From contig JBCCWC010000007.1 in NCBI GenBank assembly GCA_039194325.1, positions 1-64,000 of the forward strand: 64,000 nt of DNA, written 5' to 3'. The notes under the pieces were generated by a model. It had not been told where the DNA came from and did no database searches. It worked only from the letters and a program-made list of their open reading frames with translations. Within the stretch, counting starts at the first letter, position 1. Every line of letters begins with the position of its first letter. Positions 1 through 9,501 of this stretch are shown piece after piece. The position numbers were made by a program, and so were the translations under genes. The stretch comes from Myxococcota bacterium. GTDB taxonomy: Bacteria > Myxococcota_A > Polyangia > Nannocystales > Nannocystaceae.

Positions 1-1
1 G

Positions 2-556
2 CATGGCACCCACATCGATTCCCTCTGCATTGGCGATCTCCTCGAACGGTTTGCATTCGATGAACCGCGCACGGAAGCGTTTCTTGTCGAGGGGGGAACA
101 CTTCGCATCGATGTGCTCCCACAAACGGCTGAGCGCGATCTGATACTCCATTTCGTGTTCGATCTGCACCAAATTCGCACGATACGCTTCGAGGCAATCT
201 TCTTCTACGAGGTCCAAGGCCGCGGGGTTGCCCCGAAATTGATTGAACCGGCGGTGGATCAGCCCTTTGGCGACGACCTCCAGGTAGCGTTTGAATGAGC
301 CCTTGCGATCGTCCCAATACCTCAGGTAGAATGCATCATTGCTGTATAGATATAGAGCAACATCCTGGGTCATCTCCGGGACCAAGTGGCGCCCATACGC
401 GGCAGGCCAGCGCCGTAAGATCTTTACCACCTCCTTCTCCGCACAGGCTATCACGGCACGACCTAGCCTATCGCGGGCGATGGGGTCGGGGCCGAGCCCT
501 TCTTCAACGAGCTTACGTGTTACCACAACGACACGTTTGGGATCATCGAGCGGCAT
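2..556 (-). CDS. ECF-type RNA polymerase sigma factor-like protein (3' end runs off the window)
   Basis: Not in the ORF track; translated by hand from ATG at 556: MPLDDPKRVVV...EMTQDVALYLYSNDAFYLRYWDDRKGSFKRYLEVVAKGLI...CSPLDKKRFRARFIECKPFEEIANAEGIDVGAM, with no stop down to position 2. It has a region-2-like segment (WDDRKGSFKRYL) and a region-4 HTH-like segment (FEEIANAEGIDVGA). The frame is also open upstream, so the start is uncertain. Confidence 0.7.
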   Translation of the reverse strand, partial: MPLDDPKRVVVVTRKLVEEGLGPDPIARDRLGRAVIACAEKEVVKILRRWPAAYGRHLVPEMTQDVALYLYSNDAFYLRYWDDRKGSFKRYLEVVAKGLIHRRFNQFRGNPAALDLVEEDCLEAYRANLVQIEHEMEYQIALSRLWEHIDAKCSPLDKKRFRARFIECKPFEEIANAEGIDVGAM

Positions 557-1142
557 TGACGAGAATCCCTTGATGAAGGGTGACGGGGGCGATTCTAGCC
601 GGCTCTCGACTCCCGACTCGAACGTTCCATGATTGGCATGATCGCCCGTTTTTCTTACCGACTCTCTCTCAATTTTTTTGACCATCAGTCGACCCCCCCC
701 GAACCCCCTTCTACGTCGCCTCAGTCGAACACTTGCTAATAGGCATTCAAGAGACTGTCGTGTGACCCCAAAATCATTGAATCACGAGAATGGCCGGCTC
801 CGTCTGGCTCCTATCGTCATTTAAAATATTGATATTACTTGGCTAACGCATGAACTCCGCGAGAGCTCTCGAGCAGCCTCTGAACATATGGACATGTCTA
901 CCCCTTCAGCCACTGCACTCACAGGCAGTTCTCTACGATTGGGGCCCGTGACCGGCCCACGGGCCGGTTATCCAAAGTCAGCGTAGGGCAACGTGCGAAA
1001 AGAGCGCTCTTTAAAGGACGGCTTCTGTGAGCCGACGACGAAAGAGGGAGCCAGCATGTTCGGAGCGAAGCTTGGAGGTCCGGGCACCCCACGCCCCCTC
1101 GCCCGGCGGCCGCCCAACCGCGTGACCTACGCTTCACTCTTT

Positions 1143-3308
1143 TCACAAGTGACCCTTGCCGCTCACCCGCCACAGCCGGTGCGCCGGCGGCCGACGGCTA
1201 AAGTCCGGCGGCAGGCTGGCCGCGGTCAGATCCTCGACATTGAAGCGCTCACTCACCGCATCGGCGAGGTCAAAGCGCCGCGCGTTCGTGGAAAAAAGCA
1301 GCTCCCCGCCCGCGGCCAGCCGGGCCATGGCGGCGGCGATGAGCTCGGGGTGGTCGCGCTCCACCTCGAAGCGCTGCTCCATGGCCTTGGAGGTGGAGAC
1401 GGTGGGCGGATCGAGGAAGATCAGATCGTACTCGCTCTCATCGCGCGGAAGCTCCCGCACCACGTCGGCCCGCACCAGGCGATGGCGCTCCCCGACCTCG
1501 AACCCGTTGAGCTCGAGGTTGGCCCGAGCCCAGTCCAGATAGGTGTTGGATAGATCAACGGTGGTGGTGCTGGCCGCCCCGCCCGCGGCAGCGTAGACGG
1601 TGGCGCTACCGGTATACGCAAAGAGGTTGAGCACCCGCTTGCCCCGAGCCCGCTGCTCGATCCACCGCCGCGTGATCCGATGGTCGAGGAACAACCCCGT
1701 GTCGAGGTAGTCGTGCAGGTTCACCCAAAAACGATGCCCCCCCTCCTCCACCTGCAGCCGGTGGCCGGTCTGCGCCAGCGGACGGTACTGCACGCGAGCC
1801 TGGCGACGGCGGCGGCGCTTGAGCACCACCTGCTCGGGCGTCACCCGGGCCAGCTCGGGGAGCACGGCCACCACCAGGTCGAGACGACGGGCCGCGAGCC
1901 GCGGGTCGACCCGAGCAGGTGCCTCGTACTCCTGCACGTGCAGCCAGCGATCGTAGCGATCGATCGCGACGTTGAACTCGGGGACGTCGGCGTCGTAGAG
2001 CCGATAGCAGCTCACCCCTTCGCGCCGAGCCCAGCGCTCGCGCTTTTGGAGGTTCTTGCGCAGGCGATTGGCAAAGGGCGCCGCCGCGACCCGATCGACG
2101 TCGGTCATTCGACGAGCGGAGACCGGGGCCTCCGGCTCGGCGTCGCGGGCCTGAGGCAGGGCATAGCGCAGCGCCGTGCAGCGCAGCGGTCCGTTGTCCA
2201 CGGCCAGGCTGTCCTCGGGGACCAGCCCCACCGCGTGGCGCAAAGCGTCATCGGAGGTGAGCACCAAGCCGCGCCACCCGGGGAAGCAGCGCAGCAAGGT
2301 TCGCCCGAGCCGACCGTAGAGCCCGCGTAGGTCGGCCTTGTCGCCCAAGCGCTCCCCATAGGGAGGGTTGAGCGCCAGCAGTCCATGCGCGGGCGCCTGG
2401 CCCGGGACCCACGCCCGCAGCGGGCGAACCTCGGTGACCACGCGACCCCCCAGCCCCGCGCGACCCACGTTGGTGCGCGCGCGCTCGACCACGTCGGCGT
2501 CTCCGTCGTAGGCGAAGATCTCGGGGCCCGTGGCGCGGGCCCCCGCCTCGGCACGCAGCTCGGCCTCGCGTCGGATCTCCCTCCACGCCGGCGCGTCGTG
2601 GCCACGCCAACGCGAAAAACCCCAGCGGTCGCGTCGCAGCCCCGGGGCGATGTCGTCGGCCATGCACGCGGCCTCTATAGCCAGCGTGCCCGCGCCCGCC
2701 ATGGGATCGACGAAGGCCCCGCCCTGCGCCGCCAGCTGCGGCCAGCCGGCCCAGTGCAGCAGCGCGGCGGCCAGGTTCTCCTTGAGCGGGGCCGCGCCGT
2801 GCTCACGCCGATAGCCGCGACGGTGCAGGCTCTCGCCGCTGAGATCGATCGACACGCTACAGCCGCCACCGCGAGCAAAGACGTTGACCCGTAGATCCGG
2901 CTCGCGGGGATCGACCGAAGGACGTCGGCCCTGCCGGTCGCGGAAGCGGTCGACGATCGCGTCCTTGACCCGCTGCATGCCGAAGCGACGGTGCTCCACC
3001 GCGGCCCGCACCGCCACGTAGTCGACGGCCAGCGTAGACTCGACCGACAGGTGCTCTTCCCACGGCAGATCCCGCACCTGCTCGTAGAGGGCCTCGGCAT
3101 CGGGCACCGCGAGATCGGCCAGGTGCAGCAGCACCCGATTGGCACAGCGTGACCACATGCAGATCCGGTACCCAAACGACAGCGGCCCCCGCACGCGACA
3201 GCCGCCCGCATCCTCGCGAACCACGCGAGCCCCGAGCGCCCGCAGCTCGTCGGCGAGCAGCGGGGCCAGCCCGCGAGGGGCAGTCACGAAGAAGGAGCAG
3301 GTGGCCAT
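1143..3308 (-). CDS. rlmKL: bifunctional 23S rRNA (G2445-N2/G2069-N7) methyltransferase RlmKL
   Basis: 721 aa; THUMP region, SLHRRGYR, APLKENLAAALL, DPMAGAGTL, NPPYGERL, RLYDADVPE, DYLDTGLFLDHR, LNLFAYTG and DPPT motifs. Confidence 0.95.
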   Translation of the reverse strand: MATCSFFVTAPRGLAPLLADELRALGARVVREDAGGCRVRGPLSFGYRICMWSRCANRVLLHLADLAVPDAEALYEQVRDLPWEEHLSVESTLAVDYVAVRAAVEHRRFGMQRVKDAIVDRFRDRQGRRPSVDPREPDLRVNVFARGGGCSVSIDLSGESLHRRGYRREHGAAPLKENLAAALLHWAGWPQLAAQGGAFVDPMAGAGTLAIEAACMADDIAPGLRRDRWGFSRWRGHDAPAWREIRREAELRAEAGARATGPEIFAYDGDADVVERARTNVGRAGLGGRVVTEVRPLRAWVPGQAPAHGLLALNPPYGERLGDKADLRGLYGRLGRTLLRCFPGWRGLVLTSDDALRHAVGLVPEDSLAVDNGPLRCTALRYALPQARDAEPEAPVSARRMTDVDRVAAAPFANRLRKNLQKRERWARREGVSCYRLYDADVPEFNVAIDRYDRWLHVQEYEAPARVDPRLAARRLDLVVAVLPELARVTPEQVVLKRRRRRQARVQYRPLAQTGHRLQVEEGGHRFWVNLHDYLDTGLFLDHRITRRWIEQRARGKRVLNLFAYTGSATVYAAAGGAASTTTVDLSNTYLDWARANLELNGFEVGERHRLVRADVVRELPRDESEYDLIFLDPPTVSTSKAMEQRFEVERDHPELIAAAMARLAAGGELLFSTNARRFDLADAVSERFNVEDLTAASLPPDFSRRPPAHRLWRVSGKGHL

Positions 3309-3322
3309 CGACCGGAAGCCGC

Positions 3323-4462
3323 CTACTGCGGCACGATCCGCACGTTGTCGAGCTGGGCCAGCGCCGGCCCGCTGAACGCCTCGGGCACGTCGAACACGAA
3401 GCGGATGAAGATCGTCTGCCCCGCGTAGAGGCTCAGATCGATCATCCCCTGAAGATCACCCGTGTCGGCGGTCAGGTTGCCCGCCGGGGCGGTCAGGACG
3501 GTGATGGTGTCCATCGGCATGCCTCCGCCCGCGGGCTCGATGCGAACCTCGAAGGTACGATCGACCATGGCGCCGAACGACGCGAGATCCCAGCCCGCGC
3601 GATAGTCGAACAGAAGATCGGCGGCCGGGGCAGCGGCGAGGGTGATGTCCTGTCCGAGCTCGATCGTGCCGGGCCCGCCGCCGTCGAAGCCGGTAACCGC
3701 ACAGAACCCGCCCTCGGTCGGCGTGGTGGTGAACGAACCAAAGATCCCATCCGCGTACCCGCCAGGGTCCACGGCCAGGGCGAGGTAAGGATCCGCCAGA
3801 TCCACGACGGTCCAGCCGGTGAAGTCGCCGGTCTCGAACCCGCAGTTGTCGCAGGTGTCGTCGCAGACCGCACCAGCGCACTCGGCCGCGGGCGAACAGA
3901 TCTCTCCCGCGTTGGCGCCCATGCAGTCACCAGACGCTCCGCAGTACAGCGGGTCGGTCTGGGGATCGATGCACACGCCATCGCACAAGACGCCGACCAA
4001 GCAGGCACACGCCCCGTTGACGCACTCCTGGTCCCCGCCGCACATGGTGCCCGCATTGGCCTCCATGCAGTCGTCGGTGGCTCCGCAGTAGTCGGGATCG
4101 GTGAGTGGATCAATGCACTCGCCGTCGCACAGGATCTCGCCATCGAGGCACTCACCGGTGGTCGTGCTGCTGGTCGGGTCGTCTCCGGCGGTCGTGCTGC
4201 CCGAAGTGCCGGTCGAATCCAGGCTGGCCGTGGTACCGGTGTCCGTGTCCGTGCTCGTGCTCGTGCTCGTGCCCGTGCCCGTGCTCGTAGGTGGATCGAC
4301 CGCCGTGGGATCGACGGTCATCGAGCTCATGGTGGTGGTGGTATCATCACCGTCAGTAGTTGCAGTAGGGTCGTCGATGGCTCCATCGTCACCCGGGCAT
4401 GCGGCCAACCCAGGGACAAGACAAGCAAGGCAAGATGGTAGGGCGAGTCTCGGTATCCTCAT
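3323..4462 (-). CDS. secreted Cys-rich (lipo)protein with Thr/Ser linker and C-terminal beta-sandwich-like domain
   Basis: Signal peptide ending LAAC; Thr-rich linker; two CDGxCIDPxTDPxYCGAxxDC repeats; NCGFETGDFTGW motif. Confidence 0.75.
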   Translation of the reverse strand: MRIPRLALPSCLACLVPGLAACPGDDGAIDDPTATTDGDDTTTTMSSMTVDPTAVDPPTSTGTGTSTSTSTDTDTGTTASLDSTGTSGSTTAGDDPTSSTTTGECLDGEILCDGECIDPLTDPDYCGATDDCMEANAGTMCGGDQECVNGACACLVGVLCDGVCIDPQTDPLYCGASGDCMGANAGEICSPAAECAGAVCDDTCDNCGFETGDFTGWTVVDLADPYLALAVDPGGYADGIFGSFTTTPTEGGFCAVTGFDGGGPGTIELGQDITLAAAPAADLLFDYRAGWDLASFGAMVDRTFEVRIEPAGGGMPMDTITVLTAPAGNLTADTGDLQGMIDLSLYAGQTIFIRFVFDVPEAFSGPALAQLDNVRIVPQ

Positions 4463-4541
4463 GTGCTCGGCGAGCGTAGCAGGTCGTCGACAGTCACCCT
4501 AACCGACGACCCACACCGCGCGAGAGTCTCACCGCGAGCGG

Positions 4542-5411
4542 CTATCGTGCGCCGACCAGTGCCTGCTGGAGCGGCTGCCGTAGTCGGTCCCCCGATGCGC
4601 ACACGCTGGGCCCGCGCAGCGTCCACGGCTCCCCGTGCATGGTCTGCACCCGGCCGTCCGCCTCGCGCACCAGCACCACACCGGCCGCCCAGTCCCACGG
4701 CTGCAGGTGATACTCCCAATATCCGTCGAGCCGACCCGCGGCCACGTAGGCCAAGTCGAGCGCCGCGCTCCCAGCCCGGCGCACGCCCCGGACCTGCCGT
4801 ACCAGACGCCCGAACTCGTCTACATTGGCCCCGCGCCCGCGATCGTAGCCAAAGCCGGTGGCCAGCAGGCTCCGCGACAACATTTCGGTCTCGGTCACCC
4901 GCAGACGCCGCCGCTCGTGCCGGGGCGAACGCAGCCAGGCACCGCCGCCCCGGCGCGCACAGAACATCTCGTCGCGCGTGGGATCGTAGACGACGCCCAG
5001 CAATCCCTCGTCACCGTCGTACAGGCCGATCGACACGCTGAAATGGGGGAAGCGATGGGCGAAATTGGTGGTGCCGTCGAGGGGGTCGACGTACCAGCAC
5101 GGACCACGATCGGACGCGACCCCACCGGACTCCTCGGCCACGAGGCGATCCTCGGGAAAGGCCGCCCGCAGGCGGCTAAGCACCACGACCTCGGCCTCAC
5201 GATCGGCCTGGGTGACCAGGTCGGCCTCGGACGACTTGGTCTGGATCTCGAGCGCCCCCTCGAACGCTCCGAGCAGGCACGCCCCCGCGGCTCGGGCCGC
5301 ATCGAGGGCCACCGACAGGCGTGCATCGAGAGCCTCGTCCCCTAGCCGCCCGTGGTGAACCCCTCGCGTGGTCGGAACGCCGCCCCCGCGGCTCATGCCT
5401 TCGTCACTCAT
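4542..5411 (-). CDS. suhB: inositol monophosphatase family protein (SuhB-like)
   Basis: DLVTQAD, AEE, WYVDPLDGTTNFAH, RRAGSAALDLAYVAAGRLDGYWE and WDWAAG motifs. Confidence 0.88.
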   Translation of the reverse strand: MSDEGMSRGGGVPTTRGVHHGRLGDEALDARLSVALDAARAAGACLLGAFEGALEIQTKSSEADLVTQADREAEVVVLSRLRAAFPEDRLVAEESGGVASDRGPCWYVDPLDGTTNFAHRFPHFSVSIGLYDGDEGLLGVVYDPTRDEMFCARRGGGAWLRSPRHERRRLRVTETEMLSRSLLATGFGYDRGRGANVDEFGRLVRQVRGVRRAGSAALDLAYVAAGRLDGYWEYHLQPWDWAAGVVLVREADGRVQTMHGEPWTLRGPSVCASGDRLRQPLQQALVGAR

Positions 5412-5502
5412 CGGTTGTCTGCCCCGGTCCTCGAGTTGAGGTGACTATACTCGGGGGCACGGTCCCGATGGCGGGGGCAAGACCCGCGGGGTGACGAGGG
5501 GC

Positions 5503-6735
5503 CTACTGCACCGCGTCGAGCATGAACTCCACCAGGCTGGGGAATTCGTCGTCCACGATCCCCAGGGCGGGCAGGTTCGCGACCACCGGGATACCCGCCG
5601 CCATCGCCGCCTCGCGGACCTCGCGACCGTGGTTGGGGTGGTGGTAGAGTGCCCCGGTGTTCTCGGGCGGACCCGGCGGAAGATCTGCACCGGCCCCCCC
5701 CGTGCTCTCGATCCAGATCGGGGGGTCGTCGCTATCGAGCATGGCGAGTATGTCGACGGATTGCCGGTAGTCCTCGATCTCGGGACTATAGAGGGCGGCG
5801 AGCGTCTGCTCGCGATTCCGCTCGCCAAGCGCGTAGAAGGACTGCACCAACGGGGTGAGCTCCGGGAGCGTGAGGGTCAGGTCCTCGAACGTGGTTCCGT
5901 ACTCGATGAACACGTCGGTCTCCCAGCGAACGAGGTCATACGTGGCCTGCGTGGCCCGAGCGCCCACCGCCGACACGCGCGTCGACATCTGCTCGACCGG
6001 GTCGTCGGCCATGGGGTCGGCCATGTCCGGGCTGGCACCGATCCAAAGGCTCGTGCCGGCCCCGGCCGAGCCGCCAAAGAGCGCGACGCGCTCCGGGGCG
6101 ATGTTCAGCGAGGCAGCGTGGTAGCGGATGAACTGCAGACAGTACCGGCTGTCGCTCAGCGGCTTGATCACCCCTTCGGGGTCATTGTGCTCGAGTAGCC
6201 GATAGTTGATCGTCGCGAACGCGACCCCTTCGCTGAGCCATTGCCGGATCTCGTTGGCGCTTGATACGTACGCGCTGCGCTTGTCCCCGCCGTCGAAGCC
6301 GCCACCATGGATGTAAAGGATGAGTGGCGTGGGCGCATCGGATTCGGGCACGAAGATATCGAAGGCGTTGAACCGGGGGTCGTCGCCGTATTGAACGTCC
6401 TCGTAGAAGGTGACGCCGGCCGGGACGTCGATGGGGGGCGTGCTGGGCTCGAGCTCGAGGGGCGCAGGCGGTTCCTCACCCGGAAGACCCGTGTCGGTGC
6501 TCGAATCCTGGTCGTCGATGGTATCGCCGGAATCGCCGGTATCGCCGATATCGCCGGAATCGCCGGTGTCGCCGCCCTGCTCCGGGCCCGCAGGCCCCGG
6601 CTCGGCGTCATCATCGGCGCAACCAAGGGAGAGCGAAAGCGTGAACGCCAGGGCAACCCGGACGTATGGCCGTAGATGGTCGCGAAGCGTGTCGAGGTCG
6701 TTGGTAACGATGGTGGCCGGCATGGTTGTGGTCAT
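5503..6735 (-). CDS. alpha/beta hydrolase (esterase/lipase, HSL/BD-FAE-like), probable lipoprotein
   Basis: HGGGF oxyanion motif, INYRL, GGSAG nucleophile elbow; ATG at 6735 preceded by GGAGG; SLGC lipobox-like motif. Confidence 0.85.
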   Translation of the reverse strand: MTTTMPATIVTNDLDTLRDHLRPYVRVALAFTLSLSLGCADDDAEPGPAGPEQGGDTGDSGDIGDTGDSGDTIDDQDSSTDTGLPGEEPPAPLELEPSTPPIDVPAGVTFYEDVQYGDDPRFNAFDIFVPESDAPTPLILYIHGGGFDGGDKRSAYVSSANEIRQWLSEGVAFATINYRLLEHNDPEGVIKPLSDSRYCLQFIRYHAASLNIAPERVALFGGSAGAGTSLWIGASPDMADPMADDPVEQMSTRVSAVGARATQATYDLVRWETDVFIEYGTTFEDLTLTLPELTPLVQSFYALGERNREQTLAALYSPEIEDYRQSVDILAMLDSDDPPIWIESTGGAGADLPPGPPENTGALYHHPNHGREVREAAMAAGIPVVANLPALGIVDDEFPSLVEFMLDAVQ

Positions 6736-6987
6736 CGGTGGGTTCCTCCAGGGACTCCCAGAACCAATGCAGCCGCGGCGCCAACCCAAAAGCCCAGCAA
6801 ATTCACGTCGCCGGAGCATCGTCCGGAGCATCGTGTAGATGCGTGGCTATGGGTCGATCCCCCCAGGCTGTCGGATTCACCCTACAATCTTCGACGCCCG
6901 AGCAAGCGCTGCCGGGCGCCGCACCGCGCCGCACCGACGACGTTCCGACCGCCCGAGGGCTTCACCACGAGTTCCCCAGAGCGCCAG

Positions 6988-7830
6988 TCACGAGCGATCT
7001 GCTCCAAGGATCCGACCCAGCGCAAACCGGGCCGTCGCGCGATAAAGGCGAGGAGAGAGCTTGCGCAGCATGAGCACGGAGTAGCTCGCCCCCAGGGTGG
7101 TCGCCAGCGGATCGCCGCGACGAACCGCGCGCACGATGTCGCGAGCCACCCGCTCGGGGGGGAGCCCCAGCTTCTCGTAAAGATTCATCACCTGGCGCTT
7201 GCGCTCGCCCACCGCCCCCTCGATCCGGCCAGCACGGATGATGTCGGTGGAGATCACCCCGGGGCAGATCGCGGTGACCCGAATGTCGTGCGGGGCCAGC
7301 TCGGCGCCGAGCGCCTCGGACAAGCCCACCACCGCAAACTTGCTGGCGGTGTAGGGGGCCATGGAGGGCACGCCGACCAGGCCGGCGATGCTGGCGGTAT
7401 TGACGATGTGGGCGTTGCCCCCCTGATCGATCAGCCGAGGCACGAAGGCATGGATCCCATGGACGACCCCCCACAGGTTGACGTCGAAGACCCACCGCCA
7501 GTCCTCGAGGGTAGTCTCGTGCACCAGGGCGCCGTGGCCCACCCCCGCGTTGTTGACCAGCACGTCGACCCGGGAGTGGCGGGCATAGATCGCCTCAGCG
7601 AGGCGCTCCATGGCCTCGGCATCGCGTACATCGACCACGTGGGCGTGGGCTTCGGGGCACGCGAGCCGAGCCTCGGCTGCCACTTCCTCCACCCGACCCT
7701 GGTGAATGTCGACCAGGTGTAGACGAGCTCCCTGACGCGCAAACGCCATGGCCGTGGCGCGACCGATCCCCGACCCTGCACCGGTGATCACGACCACGTG
7801 CTGCTTGAACTTCTTGAACAACCCGAGCAT
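6988..7830 (-). CDS. short-chain dehydrogenase/reductase
   Basis: TGAGSGIG, NNAG, YTASK catalytic motif; start taken at ATG 7830. Confidence 0.92.
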   Translation of the reverse strand: MLGLFKKFKQHVVVITGAGSGIGRATAMAFARQGARLHLVDIHQGRVEEVAAEARLACPEAHAHVVDVRDAEAMERLAEAIYARHSRVDVLVNNAGVGHGALVHETTLEDWRWVFDVNLWGVVHGIHAFVPRLIDQGGNAHIVNTASIAGLVGVPSMAPYTASKFAVVGLSEALGAELAPHDIRVTAICPGVISTDIIRAGRIEGAVGERKRQVMNLYEKLGLPPERVARDIVRAVRRGDPLATTLGASYSVLMLRKLSPRLYRATARFALGRILGADRS

Positions 7831-7905
7831 GTCGCGAGCCCGCAGGCTAGCAGGACCGGCCTCGGCCCACCACACGGCGCTGGTCCTCCTGCTGGTCCTC
7901 CGAGC

Positions 7906-9132
7906 TCACACCTCGCACAGCCTCTTGGTCCGCTCGCTCGGTGTCGGGCGAGTGCCGCTGGCCACGCTCGTCGACCACGCGCCGAGCGAGCCACCCCCCT
8001 CGCCCACGGTGGGTGCTCGAGCGGACCAGATCCGCGTGATCTCGTCCATCGACACGGACAGCGCGTCGAGCCACGCTCCATGCTCGGCAAGCGACCGCAA
8101 CCGCGTCAGACCGGGTCGGGGATCGCCGATCGCCTCGCGGTAGAGCGCCTCCAGGCGACGGCGACCCCCGCGGTACTCGGACCAAGCCTCCAGGCGAGCG
8201 AGCGCCCGCGCGGCCGTCTTGACCCGAAACTCGGGCCGAGGCTCGAGCAGGCCGCGACGCAGCGATTCGACCGGCTCGGGAATCGTCCGCTCCAACGTGG
8301 GGATCCCGCCCAAGAGGATCTCGGTCATCAGCATGTCCTCACCCGTACAGGCGTGCCGGAACTTTCGCCCCTCGAGCAACTCGTGGAGGATCGCCCCGAC
8401 CGCGAACAGATCGGACGCCGGCTCTGCTCGACCGCGCGCCTGCTCACGCGACAGATAGCGCAGCGTGCCTCGAAAGCCCGGCGCGCTGCCCTCCCCCGGA
8501 TCGCCCCGCAGACCGACCAGACCAAAGTCCATCAGCTTGACCTCGCCTCGTGAGCCGATCATCACGTTCCGCGGCGAGACGTCGTGGTGCACGACGCTCG
8601 GCCCCTGCATATGCTGCATATGCTGGATGTACTGGACATCCATGATGTCCACACCGTGCACGTGGTCGAGGGCATCGAGCAAGGCGCCGACGATATAGAC
8701 GGCGTCGTCCACCGCCATGGGTCGACCGCTCACCTGCTGGGCTCGGGACCAGAACTCGCGGAGATCCACGCCGTCCACCCAGTCCATGGCCATGAACAGC
8801 TGCTGGCCGACGACCCCCACGTCGAACACCGAGACGATGTTCGGATGGCCGAGCATCATCCCCACCCGGGCTTCCGCCTCGAACAAGCGCCGATAACGGG
8901 GCTGCTCGGCGAGCTCGGGGCGGATCATCTTGACGACGCAGGGCTTGATCGCGCCGTGGGATCCAACCCGTACCGCCGCCCAGATCTCGCCCATGCCCCC
9001 CGCTCCCAACCGCTGAACCAGCTCGTACCCCGCGGGGTTCGGTACACCCGGGCTCGGCCGGGCCGCGGGATCGAGATCGGACGGATGGGTCATCACCAGG
9101 ACCGAGAGATCGGTCCCCGGCCGGTCTAGCAC
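7906..9132 (-). CDS. Hanks-type Ser/Thr protein kinase
   Basis: LGAGGMGEIW, VVKMI, HPNIVSVFD, HHDVSPRN, DFG, GTLRYLSREQ, SDLFAVG; start uncertain (ATG near 9093 possible). Confidence 0.88.
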   Translation of the reverse strand: MLDRPGTDLSVLVMTHPSDLDPAARPSPGVPNPAGYELVQRLGAGGMGEIWAAVRVGSHGAIKPCVVKMIRPELAEQPRYRRLFEAEARVGMMLGHPNIVSVFDVGVVGQQLFMAMDWVDGVDLREFWSRAQQVSGRPMAVDDAVYIVGALLDALDHVHGVDIMDVQYIQHMQHMQGPSVVHHDVSPRNVMIGSRGEVKLMDFGLVGLRGDPGEGSAPGFRGTLRYLSREQARGRAEPASDLFAVGAILHELLEGRKFRHACTGEDMLMTEILLGGIPTLERTIPEPVESLRRGLLEPRPEFRVKTAARALARLEAWSEYRGGRRRLEALYREAIGDPRPGLTRLRSLAEHGAWLDALSVSMDEITRIWSARAPTVGEGGGSLGAWSTSVASGTRPTPSERTKRLCEV

Positions 9133-9501
9133 CGACGCTCCCCCCTACAAATACCCCGCATCATGACATTTCCCGGACCGAAACGTTCCATCCTGCCTCT
9201 CCAGCGCCCCTACGGGATCCGGCAGATTAGGGGGAGCGCTCCCTTCATCGCCCGTTCGGTCCCCCGTGGGGCTTGGTCCTCGGTCTTCCATGGGTCGGAC
9301 GGAGGAGGCCCCGAATTCGAGGAATCACACTTGCGACCCCGAGTATCCGGTTCACCGATCCAGCGAGTTCCAGTAAACCCGATTGCAACGCTCCTGATCC
9401 TCACCTGGTTGGACGATACTGCTCGAATTATGCGCCCGAGTACCACTTCGCGGTGCACACTGCTGGTATTAACACACCCACTAACATCGAGTAGAACTCA
9501 C

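Noticed and set aside
943..965. Hairpin GGCCCGTG/CACGGGCC as rlmKL terminator
   Set aside because: No U-tract on either side and about 180 nt from the stop codon; support is insufficient.
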